64,000 nt of DNA from Chromera velia (taxonomy: Eukaryota), in NCBI GenBank assembly GCA_018398765.1, contig JAHBMJ010000299.1, positions 62,001 to 126,000 of the forward strand. Direction: 5' to 3'. The notes beneath the pieces are model-generated. The model was given only the letters and a program-made list of their open reading frames with translations, searched no databases and was not told the origin of the DNA. Below, piece by piece: positions 1-12,873 of the stretch (the stretch's first letter is position 1; the number at the start of each line of letters is the position of its first letter). The translations under genes were made by a program, and so were the position numbers.

Positions 1-3000
1 TGTGAGTCTGTCACGAAGGCCATTAGAGCAGTGAACGGCAAGAAGATTGCGGGAAAGGAACTTTTGGTAAGTCGGGGAAGGAAAATGTGTGAATGAACAT
101 CTGTTGGTTTTCAATGATATAGTCGAGCTACAGATTAGTCGTGAAGTGGAGTTTCAGGTGATATGCGTTAACTATGGCACCCTGCCTGACTCCCTCTCTT
201 AGCTCTTGGCGATCTTCCAACAAAAGTTTCATTCACGTTTTAATGACGCTTCGCTTTCCCTCTCGGCCGCTCCCTGTACACGATCCCCTCCTTCGCTTCT
301 TCTTGTCTCTGTCTCAGGTAAAGGCGGAAGATAAGGTGAAGGAGTATGCTCTGCACTGGGTTGAAATGAGACGCACCGAGGTGAGTGTGCGTTGGCGATT
401 GTGTGGGGGGGATGGGGGGGAGGAGGACTGCGCACGTGTTTTGCATTTCAAGGTGTGGGACGGCAGCTAAGGCAATGCGGGTTTTCCCCTTCCATTTGTT
501 CAACGAAAAAACAGACAGCATCGTGGAAGCGGTTGAGGCGGACAGAAGAAGAGAAATCTCCGATCACGCTCCTGATCACGACACAAGGCATGCAATTTCG
601 TCACTACATGCCTGACTCTCCCCTTCTGTCTTTCTATGTGCTGCATGCAGCGGGCGCGTCTGATCGTGACTGCCGCGATGCAAATCCTGACAGACCCTGC
701 GGCTCCTCAAACGAAAGAAGAGAAAGCCGATCTGCTTGCAGTGTGTGTGGACACGGTCCGAAAAGGAAAAATCTGGGTGATGCCGAGAGCATCGCCCAAG
801 CATGCGGAGGGTGCGGGTGAAGACGGTGCAGCAGCTGCAGAAGGGCAGAAGGACGAAGAAATGCCTCCCGCGTTTCCGATTCCTGAGGCAAACGGAGTGA
901 ATGGAGAAGCAGGGGGGGCATCGGGAACTGCGGAGAAAGTTTCTGGTGTCGTTCCTGAAAAGGAGGCGAAGGAGCAAAAGGAAAAGGAGGAGGCGGATAA
1001 GGCAAAAGACTCGGAGGGTGTGTGGCTGAAGTTTTTGGGGGTTGCGGAAAAGTACAAGGCCCTCAAACCAGCGGCTCCTGGTCTCCTTCCTGGAAGCACT
1101 GGGGGGCAGCCTCACGAAGATCTGATCAAATGGGTCCAGGAGGTTGGTACGTGCGTCTTTCATTTTGTGGTTGGGTCTGTGCATCTTTCATTTTGTGGGT
1201 GGGACGCAGGTAGTCGTCCTGTCGTTCGTGACTGTCTGTTTCTTACTCTCGAAGATTCTCTGTTTTGTTTGTTCTGTTTTCCAGGAAGAGAGAAGTATGA
1301 AGGGAGTTACAACGGAGATGCTCTCTTCATGAATCATGTGCAAAAAGATTCTCTTCCTTACTTTCAGATAGATATGTCAGGTCATTTTGAGTCTGTGACG
1401 AGACATGAACCTCGTATCTTTTTCGTCCCCGGCGCTTTCGGCACGGTTGGTTGATTTCGGCTCCCCTTTTCCATTTGTTCGTAAGTCTGTCTGCCTGTCT
1501 CTTTCTGTCTAACTCGCTCTCGCTCGCTCTTTCTCGTTCGTGCGTAGTCTGCGTGTGTGCGTGTGGGTGTTTGTCCGTTGATTGGTTATGTATTGATACT
1601 AATCTGCTTCCACCCATGCCTGCGTGCAGCAATTGAAGGATGACTTCGAGAGGGAGCTCCTCAACTGTGAAGCCTCTGTACAGGTAGGGGNGCGAAAAAG
1701 AGGGACAGCGGAAAGTAGTGTTTTTTTTTTTTTTTTAGTGCATCTCCTTGTCTTCATGCCCATCCTTTCCGTCAACAATTCGGCGAAAAAGTTTCCGTTG
1801 AAGGTTTTTTTTCTTCTCTCTCTTTTTTTCTCCCTTTCCTTTTTAGTATTTGACTCTCTGTGCTTTGCTCTGTGACTTGAGATGTGTCCAATTCCTGCTC
1901 TATTCTCATCCGTACTTCTGTTCTGCGCGGTCAACCATTTCTTTCGTGCAGACATTCCTTACCCGCAATGCTGAGAGAAACGACAAATACACGAAGATGG
2001 CTGGGGGAGCCGGTCCCTCTACTGCGGGGGCTGTTGCGTCTTCTTCTGCTGGTGCTGCCGGAGGGGAGGATAAGGAGAGGGTCAGTCGCGGACTATGTAC
2101 TCTTCTCTTCTCTGCCTTTCGGTCTGTCCGTCTGTACGTCTCTTGTGTTCATGAAGAAAAGGAGGGAGAAGAAGAAAAAACATACAGTCTGTCGGTATCT
2201 GTTCGAGAGGTAAAACCATTTATTCAATCAATCAGCGTGGAGCCAGCGATGAGTGACGGAATTGGGAGAGAAAAAGCCGGTTTGATACACATTCCCCCTT
2301 CATCTTTGATTGGTTTTTTGTTTTTTGGGTACGTCCTTCCTTCTGTGCTTCCCTTTCTATCTATCTATCTCTGTTTCTTTTTATATTCGCTTGCCTGCTC
2401 CACGTCCTCTCACCTACATTTGCGTCTTGTCTTGTCTTCTCTCGCCGGGTGGCACTGCAGCCGCGCACCTCTTCGGAGCGTGACCGTGACGGCACTCGCG
2501 GGAGGACAGACAGGGAAAGGGAAAGGGAAGGGAGCCAGGGCGCACGCAGGCATGCGGTACCGGAAAGTCATGCTCGTGGGGAGAGGATTTCCGTCTCTGT
2601 GGGGCGCTCCTCTGTCCACTCACGGGACTCCAAGGGGGGGGGGAGAAGGTCGAGATGGGATGATAAGGAGAAGGACAAGGACAGGAGTCGCTCTCGTGGG
2701 TCTGAGAGGGACCGCGACAGACTGAAAAAAGAGGAGGGGGGGGAGAAAGGGAGCGTGAGGGAAAGAGATCGAGATTTATGGAAAAAAGAACAAGAGGAGC
2801 GACAGGCAATCTCTGGAAGGAAGCGAGAGACCTCAGAGGAACGCGAACGGTAGGTTCCGACGTGGGGCAGTACAGTGGGTTCTTCTCGAAGTCGCGCTTC
2901 TTTTCTGTGTTCGCCTGCGCTCACGTTTTCTTAAACCTTTCTCACTTCTCTTGTTGCGGACATGTTTGCATCTTTGCCTTCTCCTTCCAAAAGTGTCACC

Positions 3001-3535
3001 CCCTGAGTGCGCGCGTGTGCGTTTGTATCAATATCTGCATGTATTGTCTTTGCATTTCCTTCCGCACCTCAATCAAGTGTATGACTCACTCGTTTGCAGA
3101 CGCATCGAGTCCGTCCGACCCTCAGAGTGTGGTCTTCCTTCTGGATACAGGTGGGGCCTTCCATTTTTGCGTATCTCAGGGTCTGTCATTTCTTCCAGGG
3201 TTTCTTACCTTTTACATTGTGGAGACAGGGATGTGTCGCTGTGGATGTTGAAGAAGAAAAGATGCGCAGTAGAGGAATCAAAAGAGTGGTTTCAACGAAA
3301 ATGGAACGGCCGTGTCACAAATTCATTCCGGTGTTACCGTGGACAAAAGAGAAGAGAAGAGAAGCGAAAAAAGGAGAAAAGAAAGGGTGCGGCAGAAAGC
3401 TGTGGTTTAATTTGAGCAGAGGGATGAGGGAGTGTCGACAAGCATTACTTAAAGAGTTGCGCCAAGTGTTGGGGGCTTCTGTGTTGACCACTGATGGCAA
3501 ATGTTCCCGCTGTCCCCTTTTCTTCTGCCCACCCT

Positions 3536-3572
<37 letters not shown>

Positions 3573-6500
3573 GCCTCTGTATGCGCGCAGGCCCTCGAGG
3601 AGAGAGAAGAACAGACTCGAGAAACTGAGAGAATTGGACCGACAGCGAGACTCGTCAGTCACAGTCTCGCGCACCTACATAACCAACCAACCAGCCCGTC
3701 CCAGAGAGTCACGTCGCCGCGACACATCTGCCCGATGCCTCCGTGTGTGCTGCATGCACAAAGTGATTAAACGGTCTGACTGCAATTTGTTCCACTCGAG
3801 AAACGCCGAAGCTGCAAAAAGATTGGTGTGGAAGTGTGCTCACCTGGGTTGGTGCCTCCCTCTTTCTTAGATTGAAACCGTTCTGTATGAAAAAAGCGAG
3901 GAGTGAGTTGGGTATGTAGACAAGGGCGTTGGTTGACCGCAAAAACGGCTGTCCCGCAAAAGCATCGCGTCTGCCCTTCCAGACGCATGAATGTACACCT
4001 CAGCCTTCTCATCCACATTTGAAATGAAGCAAAATCTGTTCTCATTCCCAGTGTATCGCTCGATAATAACCTTGTGCCTTCCTGGCTGCAGAGAATACGT
4101 ACGAAGAGAGCGTTCCTGGAGGTCAATTGAAACGTCCTTCGCTAGATTCGAAACACGGTCGGTCCTTGTGTCAAAACGCCCATCCATGCACCCGCCCATA
4201 CAGAAGTAAACGCATGCATCGCTAGATTCGAAACACGGTCGGTCCTTGTGTCAAAACGCCCATCCATGCACCCGCCCATACAGAAGTAAACACATGCATC
4301 GCTAGATTCGAAACACGGTCGGTCCTTGTGTCAAAACGCCCATCCATGCACCCAAGATTTTCTTTTCTGGCAGAAGAAATCATCGCAAACAGCTCCTGAG
4401 CAACAAATGAAAACGAAAATCGGCTATGGAAAAAAGGCGTTAGCATAAGTCCTCCGAAGCGGCAAACGAGCACCCCGAAGCTTCATCTTTCCTTCTGTGC
4501 GTCAACACAAACAGGAGCAACCTCCCCTGCCCTTTTTCTCCCTCCCTTCGTCATTTAATTCTCTGGAAACAACAAGCGGAACGTGTCCCTCATCTGTCCT
4601 CCTCACCTTCTGACCCTCTCTCTCTTTCTGAGTGCGTCTGTGTGTGTGCAGCGAGAAGGAACAGGAAGAGGATGCCGAGAAGATGAAGGCAAAATTCAGA
4701 GAAATGAAGAAAGACCTCTCGGGTCAGTCAGCTTTTCATCACCCCACTTGTGTTCTTCGGAAAAAGACCGCAGGACACGGATCTTCCAGCAGCAAGAGAA
4801 GACTGTGGGGGGGGGGAATCTGATGTTCACAGATCGGTGTGGAGCACACGGCGGCAGGTTCTGTTCGGATCGGATCCCTGTGCGGCCTTTCCACACAGAT
4901 ACAGAGTGCCTACATCTTCGTTTCTTCGCTGACCGCTGTCACCTTTCCGTTTTTGGCTTTGTTTCTTTGCAGATCAAGTTGTTTGTTTGTTGGCGAGTGG
5001 AGTCTGTCTCTGCGTTTTTTTGTGTGTTTCTCGTTTGTCTCGCTGCATCCCTTCTCTGCACTTGGTTTTTGTTTGCGTTGTTGTGCACCTCCATGATTGA
5101 TTGTTTGATGTATGCAGATTTGGGAAGCTTCGATAGCGTCTTCCGTTGGAGTGGACGTGAACGGGACTACAAAAGACACAGGCGCACGGAAATGTGAGTA
5201 CTGAATGAAGGGGGGCACGGGGAGCGGGTGCAATGATCTTGTAGGTTTCCGTCCTTTTTTCACTTTTTAATTCCTGTGTAAGCCTGCCCGCCCCCCTCTC
5301 TTCCCCTTATCGCATCGTTTTTTTTGCCCCCCTTTCTTCGCTGCCGAAAATTCGCGTGAACGGCATTCTCCTTCTCTCCCTGGACCTCTTCTTTTTTTTG
5401 TTTTTAAAAAACAGAATCGTCAGAGACGTTCTAGGAGAAGGCAGGGGAAGGGAAACTGAGAGGAAGGGAAAGAAAAAGAAACCTCTCTTCTCATTTTCCA
5501 CCTGTGTGCCCATGATTGGGAGTGGTTTGCTACGACCTGTAGATGGCTTCGGTTGGTGCTCTGCCGGTCTTTTCTCTTTTCTTCCTGGGCAGCCTGTCTG
5601 AGGACTATCTGCTTTTGAAAAGGGGAAGAACGTCGTTCATTTGTCTCTTGCCTTTTTGACTTGTGGAAGGATTGTTTGTGCGGCATCAAATGACCTGCAG
5701 CATCTTTTCGAATGCGGTTGTGTGTATGACAGCCAGTGTGTGTGTTCCTTCCTTGTTGCAGTGAGGACGACGAAGACGATCGGAAGGCCGAGAAGGCGGT
5801 GCTCCGCGAGAAGGAGGAAGCGGAGCGGAAGAAGAATGAGGAGGAGCAGGCCAGGAAAAAACAGGAAGAGGAGGAAAGGCAGAGGAAAGAACAGGTGAGC
5901 ACAAACTCGCACAGGGGTGCGGAGGGACAGAGACGTCATTGAAGCCCGGATGTATTGATACATGCAGGGTGCATGAGTCCTTGTGCCGCGCTCTCTGTCA
6001 TATGGATTCTTCTGTCGTGTATGCGACTGCTGCTGATCAGTTTATGTGTCTTTAGCCCAGTTCGCGCCTTCCTCTCGTTGGTGTATGCGAATGGGTTAAC
6101 AAATTTGCTGCATCTGAGCCTCTTCCTGACTCAAGGCCATCAATCTGCTTTCATTGTTCTGCATCCTTCTCTCTAATTGCTCTCCTGTGTGCAGGAAGAG
6201 GCGCAAAAGAAGGAGCTTGAGAGATTACGGAGAGAGGAGGAGAAGGCGGAGGAGGAGCGAAAAAGGAGAGAAAGAGAGGAGAGGGACAGGAGGCGAGTGG
6301 AGGAAGACGAGAAAAACGTTGGTGCAATGAATGTTATTTTCAGTCAGACAGGGAGACAGCTCGAGGGATGGATGAGACAATAAGGAGACAGGATCCCCCT
6401 TCCCTTCCTCTCTCTCTCTCTCTGTGTATGTGTGTGTGTGTATGCATGTGCGCGCGTGCGTGTATGCGTGTATGCGTGTATGCGTGTGCACGCGCACGGG

Positions 6501-9500
6501 TAAGGTTTTGATTCAGTGGGTAAAAGAGAAAGTGATTGCGAGAGCAAGACATACCGGGAAGGAAGGGGGGATGTCTCCTTCTTTCGACTTTCCTTTTCTT
6601 TTCCTTCCGTCACGTCACCCCTTTCCGCCTGTCTCTTGTTTCAATTTGTGTACCTTAAAAGTCGAAGAATCTTTGCAAAAACAGTCCGTCCCTATGTGTG
6701 CAAGCAAGAGACAAGAGACTTAAGTTCATTGATGGGTTCCAATTCTTCGGGTGTTTTGTTAGCCGTTTGTTTCCTTCCGTGAATTTGCCGCCGTTCCTGT
6801 CTTTCATTCTGTTCTTTCCTTCATTCCATCCGATGTCTCCACTGCCCCATCCCCCACCCACCCACCACACACACATACACACACACACTCGCGCGCGCGC
6901 GCGCGCACACACACACACACACACACAGAATTTTCGGGGTCCCGTCCCTACACAGCTATAAGCTCTCCCGTCTCCCCTCCCATGTCGTTCTCTTTGAAAA
7001 CATGCTTTGCCCTTTCTCAACCCTTTCTTCTTTTGTCCTCCGTCTGCAGCGCGCGCGGATGAGAAACCTCTTCGGAAGCTCAGCAGACGAAGACGACTTC
7101 GATAAGAAGCATCGGTGGGTGCCTTGGAGGGGAAGAAACAAGGAAGTGCAAAGGAGGTTTGCAAAATGCGCTTTGTGTGCCCCTCTTTTGTCGGTTCCAT
7201 CGTTTCGTTTTCCGGTCCGTTGTACAGTTTCCCGTCTTTTGTGATGCGACCGAGCCTTGCGTTCGTCGTTTCTGCTAACGCTGCTTGGTGACGAAAATGC
7301 CGGCAAAATTATGTTAAAGCGACCTTTTCTTCTTTTCCCTTGTGTCTTCAGCCCGCTTCAAAGACTCGAAGTGCACCTGGACAAGAAGAACATTGAGGCA
7401 CAAGAGTCAGTCAGCCAGTGAGTAAGGGTGTGGTGTTGCCTCGTCTTTTTTGTGTGCCGGTTGGTTTCACTCGTCCTTTGGAAGAAGCGCATTAGAGAAA
7501 ATGACTTGAAGAAGAATTAGGCACTCATAAAAGACAGGAAGGAAGGAAGACAGACAGACAGAAAGAACGGAGGGAAGGAAGGACGTGTACGACCAGATGA
7601 AAGGAATCGGATGGAAGAAAAAGAGCTTTTGAGTGGGGTATCCTTGGTCCTCTTTTCTTGATTGGTGGTTCTGTGGTTCTGCCTCACATGGTTTTTCTTT
7701 CGGTCGTTCTGCAGTCTATCTATCTATCCCCCTTCTGGTATTCTCTGCAGTTTTGACTTTTCCTCGCTGTCTTCTTCCCCTTTCGATGGCTCTTTCCAAT
7801 GTTGCCCGGAAAAGAAAAAAGGAAGTCATTTGGCCGGCCGATTTTATGTTTGTCTGTTTGTTCAGGTGTTTCTTTCTTGGATTGCTTTTTTGTTTGTTTG
7901 TTTGCCTCTCAGAGCGGAGAAGCACAAGAAGCTTGCGGAGATGAAGCAAATCCTCGACAGGTCAGACAGGATCCATGCCTGTGATGTGAAGCATGCAGAG
8001 AAGAGGAAAGGAACGAATCACAAGGGCATATATGCACATGCAAGGGCCCCAATCTTTAAAGCAACATGGCTTGCTCTGTGACCAATTTTGCGTCCTTTTC
8101 TTGCTTTCCCTTCAGCCCTATGCGGCCCCTCCCTCAATTCTTTCACTCACTCACTCACACCCTGTTGGTTGACAACGATAGGAGATCACAACCAAATTTG
8201 CTTTCTTTCTTTTCTTTGTTGTCTGTCATCTCAACTGTTGTTCCACTGTTGCTTTGGCTTGCAGCGTTCCACAGGACAGGGAAAGCGTCTTCGCGTTGGA
8301 AGTGCTGTGGGATCTTCTGGAGGAGGTCAGCTTGCCCGACTGTCTGTTTGCCTGCCGGCAAAAGTCCTCTCCCTTTTAGCTCGGGTGTTTGAGTCGGCAT
8401 CCCTCTCTTTTCTGGACAGACGGAGGAGGCGAGGTCTCGATGACGAAATCCTCCGACTTCATTCCGACACTGCAGGCCTGTGTACTGCCTTCTCTCCGTC
8501 TGTCTGTTTTCTCTCTCCGCCTGCCTTCACCAACCCTCTCTTAGTTTAGTTGAGAAAGCCTTTCAATCCAGTTCGGCATTTTTCTTCGTCGTCTTTCTTT
8601 TTGTGTCGGCCTCTAAACGCTCTCAAGTCATTGTAGTTCCTTCGTATGTGTCTTTCTACTTCTGCGTGTTCAGCACGGGACCTTGGAGAAGAAAGTGAGG
8701 CCGTGGATGATCAAGAAAGTGGTAGAATTCCTCGGTGAGTCGGTCAACAACAGTCAGGCACAAAGTCCGTCCGGCTGCATTTCGTTCTTTTACGTGGTTG
8801 TGCGCATGCCCTGTAGGCCTCTGTGTCTTCGTTGGTGTCTGCCGTTTTTCTCTCTTCCTTTCTGCGTGTCTCTGGATGTGTCTTTTCATCAGCCTGTCGG
8901 TCTCTGACATCTTTCTCGTACCTCCTTCCGTTCTTCTCAATGTATCTGCACTCAGTCGATTCCTTACTTTCTTCCTTCCTTGCTTGCTGGCCTGATTGCA
9001 GGAGATGAACACGCGAGTCAACAGTTATGCGAAGCTCTGATGAAAAAGGTAGGTGAGGTAGTCAGTCAGTCTTGGGTCGATGCAGCCTCCCTGCTCCCTT
9101 TGCTTTTGCCGTGGCGTTTTGTCGGCTGTGGAAGCCCCTGTCCAGACCATTTTTTTCTTTCCGGGTGATTCTCGAATGAAAGAGAGAGCGCATTCAGATC
9201 TGTTTCATCACACTGACCAACAGGAAGGAAATGGGAAGACTAGCAGCAGCCTGATCTTTGCGGAAGGAAGAACATATAGAAAGACGCACGTGAGTTCACC
9301 TGACCGTACACCTTACAGGCCTCAAAAACATGCCCTTTCGACCCTTACTTTTTGTCGTCTTGCTTCACGATCTCTCGATGCATGGGCGCGTATGTGCACG
9401 CAGATCCGAGCACGCACCCCCCCTGCCACAGTTGCGGAGGAGCTCAGGCAGGTGCTCGACGAAGACGCCGAGGCCTTCATTGTTAAGCTGTGGCGCATGA

Positions 9501-9568
9501 TCGTCTTTGAGCAGAGACACATCCAGTTCCTCGCTAATAAGGCCAGGCAGCAACAGCAAGAAGTGTAG
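1..9568 (+). CDS. RBM25: RBM25/Snu71-like splicing factor (RRM end, RE/RD-rich region, C-terminal PWI domain); multi-exon, 5' part outside window
   Basis: GT-AG exons at approx. 1-66, 318-380, 650-1143, 1631-1683, 1951-2080, 2461-2849, 3591-3653, 4651-4722, 5118-5192, 5762-5894, 6194-6317, 7050-7114, 7352-7405, 7913-7960, 8265-8325, 8674-8734, 9002-9048, 9404-9568 (phases checked for the last seven). The spliced C-terminus VPQDRESVFALEVLWDLLEEHGTLEKKVRPWMIKKVVEFLGDEHASQQLCEALMKKIRARTPPATVAEELRQVLDEDAEAFIVKLWRMIVFE matches the RBM25 PWI pattern. The N-terminal AIRAVNGKKIAGKELLVK is the end of an RRM. Confidence 0.88.
4140..4353. repeat. Intronic tandem repeat, 80-bp period, ~2.7 copies
   Basis: GCTAGATTCGAAACACGGTCGGTCCTTGTGTCAAAACGCCCATCCATGCACCC starts at 4141, 4221 and 4301; copies are near-identical with no spacers. 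Confidence 0.95.
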
Positions 9569-11952
9569 TAGAGGGAGGGAGATGGCAAGATGGGGCAAGG
9601 GGTGAATGAGCGGATCCAGGAGGGGGGATAAAAGGGGGGGGAGACGGGGGAAGGGGAAGGAAGAAGAAAGGATTCGGGAGGGGGCCTGTGACGAAGGGAA
9701 GTTTTCTCTTTCGTTCGATTTCTTTGTCCATTTTCTTTTCTTCTGAATTCGTCGTGGCGATACCTACCAGAGCAATCGTCTGGGGAAGAAGCAAAAATAA
9801 ATAAAGAAATCGAGAGGTGCAAGTCAAATGACCGACTAGAAAAAAAAGTGCGGGGATGATGGTGTGGAGAGGAGGTGGTCTCCTCTCCCTTCCTTTCTTT
9901 CCTCTTCTTTCCGCTGCTCGCAGCCATGCAGAGTGACTCACTGCACGTACCAGACTCTCATGACAGGAGAGCGACGTGAACCTGGACAGGAGACGACTCC
10001 AGTTTCTTCTCTCATGCAGTAGGCCTCTCCATCCGGCCACTCGCCCTCCCTCTCTATCTATCTTCTTTCACTCTCAGACAAGCACATTTACTGTGAATCT
10101 ATCGAGACGGGCATTCACGCAAAAGAGACGAAGCCCCAAAGAACCTTCGCACCCTTTCTTCTCCCCGTTGCTCTCCATCTCACCACATATGGCTGCTCTC
10201 CCCTTTTGTCTGTATTTGTGAACTGCACTTATTTTGCATTCTTCCAGCCGTCACACAAAGAAAGGGGCTCCAAAGGGGGGTGTTATACGGAAGGGACAGG
10301 CACAAGCACATGTAGCTTTCCAGGGGGTAGGGGAGGAGAAGTCTTGACTGAGCTTTCTCTGGGTCTGCAGGCGGTGCAGAAGGGATGCTCTGTATGAGGA
10401 CGGCATGAAAGAGGATTGCAGGAGCCCGGTACGGAGGGACCTGGGCACTCACTCACAGATACCCCTCTGTCGAGGTTGGTTTTTGATCTAGATTTCTTCT
10501 TCCTCGGTGGGCGTGAATGCCTGAAGCTGCCTTCCGTCCATTGAAACCATTGCCTGATCTTGCGTGCATGTAGGCATGCATATAATGCATGTATATGATC
10601 ACACATAGCGGCCCGGTCGCTCTCTCAAGAAAATAAAGGACACATGCATGTGGGAACTTGAAGGTCTCTGCATGTATGCAGCAACGTACGCTTTGTGACT
10701 GACTGACACAGTGACACTGACTGTACTAGTGACTGTATCTACAATTAATGTGATCGTTAAGTCACCTTTTTAAGTGAAATGCATTGAATGGAAAACGCGA
10801 TGCGAAACGTCATAATTAGAGAGACACTAACTATTTTTATTATCTTTGCGCTGGTTTTTGCGATGCTAGTGGCGACGATCTAGGCGAAGACTTTTCAGGA
10901 TGATAATTATGATGAGTATTTTCAACTGGTTATTCCAACTGGTAGTATCTTCACTGACTATTTTTTTTTATTTTTTACTTTTAAGCTCTTAGCACAACTT
11001 TATGACTATAGCTTCAAGTTTATTAGCATGCTGCTTTATTATTTAAACTTGAACTAGTATGAAGTTACTATAGACTATACTGTTAGTTTATGCCCAGTCT
11101 ATGGAAAGTTTTTTTTTTAATTATCGTTCAATAAACTGTAGCTTTAGGAGTTGAATCTGAGCTGATTTAGCAGCTACCCTATATGAATGTTGTATAAATA
11201 TGTTTTAAACTAGATTTTAAATAATTAATCATCATCATCATCATCATACGCCATCGCCATATCGGCCCATAATAGGCGTCTAGCGTTCGGCAAGTCACAA
11301 TATGCAAGGCAGATTATTAAAGATAGACCCTCACTCGGCAACATTTGGTAACTAGCTTCACTCTAGCAAAGCCAACTTCATTCATTCATTCATTCATTCA
11401 ATTCTATTCCTTCAATTAATACTTTCTTCTAGACATTTTTAAACTAGTTTTTGAAAAAAAAAAAATCTTACAGCTGTCTAGCTAAAAATTTTGAAGTTAA
11501 AAGTCTCAGAATTAAAATATTAATATAGTTTTTTATATATAATGAGCGTGAGTCATCTCTGAAATAGAGTGTTTGAAGTGCATGCTTGATTATAAGCTAG
11601 GTTTGAAGTTAATTTGTATTGCCGTATGAGCAATTTAGATCAATTTAGCATTGTCTCATCCATTGTCTCACAAAATGCTCGTTTTAACGATTCCATGCAT
11701 GTACAAAGTTTCTTTATGCAAGCAAAATGGCGTAGCGTAAAAAGGGAATTCTGGAATAGGACCCGGACATTCCCGGGCCCAGCTTAAACTTATGTGTTTG
11801 TCCAGGGTTCTGTTGTGAGAAGTACGATTCCCACCCGTTTTGCCTCATGCCCTTCTACGGTTCTTGACGATTTTTCTTTCTTCCCATCTCTTTTCGTGCG
11901 GGGTCGTCTATGTGTGTACTTCAAAAGCCTTCGGCGCTTGATTTGGTACCAC

Positions 11953-12873
11953 TCACTGTGGCTTCAGTTGGCAGGGAGGCGTTGTGGATTTTGCGTCCCT
12001 CATGATGCCTGTGAGAATGTGGCTCAGTCTTCTCTTTTGCTTTCGCTTGTCTTCTGGAAGTCCCATTTCAAAATCTCCATCAACCGCCTTGAAATCTCCG
12101 TTCATGAAAGGGGCTTCAAGCTCCCCCAACTTCCCGCCAAGGCCCCAGTTCCCCCCCTCGACGTCGAATGCATCCACCTCCTCAATTTGCTCAATGCCGC
12201 AATTGCAAAGAGTTTCAAATTTGCTTTTGTATTCTTCGACTGTGAGTAGCTTCTCCTTAACAATGGGTGCGAGGAAACTCTGACTGTGAAGTTCCCACTT
12301 CTCCTGCGATTTATTTTCCTTCATGACCTCATAGAACTCCCTTCCCCGTGCTTTCGCGGCCTTGGGGTCGATGTATTTGCCAGCAGAAGGATCAGCTGTC
12401 GGGTCCATGCCCTCCACAGCATCTTTGAAGGTCGCCAGATCATTGGTGTAGAAGGCCTTTGCAAGGAGAAACGCATGCTCTGCTGTGGGCAATTTTGCCG
12501 TTGTCCTTTCTTTTGTTACGTATTCCTTCAAGCTGTCATTGCACTGGTCACTCTGGTCAGTGGTGAGGCCTAGAACTTTGCAGAGGTTGGAAATGTCGAT
12601 TTCAATTCCCCCCTCCACCTTCGCCATATTGGAGAGAAAACCTGACCATGGGTTCTCGAAGTTGAAAAACCAAAATTGGTGAGTGTCGGTGTTGATGCAG
12701 AAGCCCTTCTTTTTTTTCTCTTGATCCGTTTGGAAGTTGCACCCCTTGAGTTGGCACTGTCCAGCCTCCTGCTTCCCCAAAAAAGAAGAAGCAAGAGAGC
12801 CCTTGAGCGAATGGCGAATGGCAGAGACTCCTGCGAGGGAGAGCAGGATGGAGGAAGCGAGGAAGTTTACCAT
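11953..12873 (-). CDS. Intronless secreted protein of unknown function (~306 aa)
   Basis: Uninterrupted ORF with ATG at 12873 in CAAAATG context. Hydrophobic N-terminus MVNFLASSILLSLAGVSA is signal-peptide-like. Several cysteines; no family motif recognised. Confidence 0.75.
   Translation of the reverse strand: MVNFLASSILLSLAGVSAIRHSLKGSLASSFLGKQEAGQCQLKGCNFQTDQEKKKKGFCINTDTHQFWFFNFENPWSGFLSNMAKVEGGIEIDISNLCKVLGLTTDQSDQCNDSLKEYVTKERTTAKLPTAEHAFLLAKAFYTNDLATFKDAVEGMDPTADPSAGKYIDPKAAKARGREFYEVMKENKSQEKWELHSQSFLAPIVKEKLLTVEEYKSKFETLCNCGIEQIEEVDAFDVEGGNWGLGGKLGELEAPFMNGDFKAVDGDFEMGLPEDKRKQKRRLSHILTGIMRDAKSTTPPCQLKPQ

Noticed and set aside
2778..4209. Long ORFs within RBM25 introns (e.g. 3094-3870), and similar shadow ORFs opposite GC-rich exons
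   Set aside because: Low-complexity or microsatellite-derived translations with non-ATG starts, overlapping a better-supported spliced gene.
4140..4353. CRISPR-like array
   Set aside because: The whole 80-bp unit repeats with no unique spacers; it lies in a eukaryotic intron and no cas genes are present.
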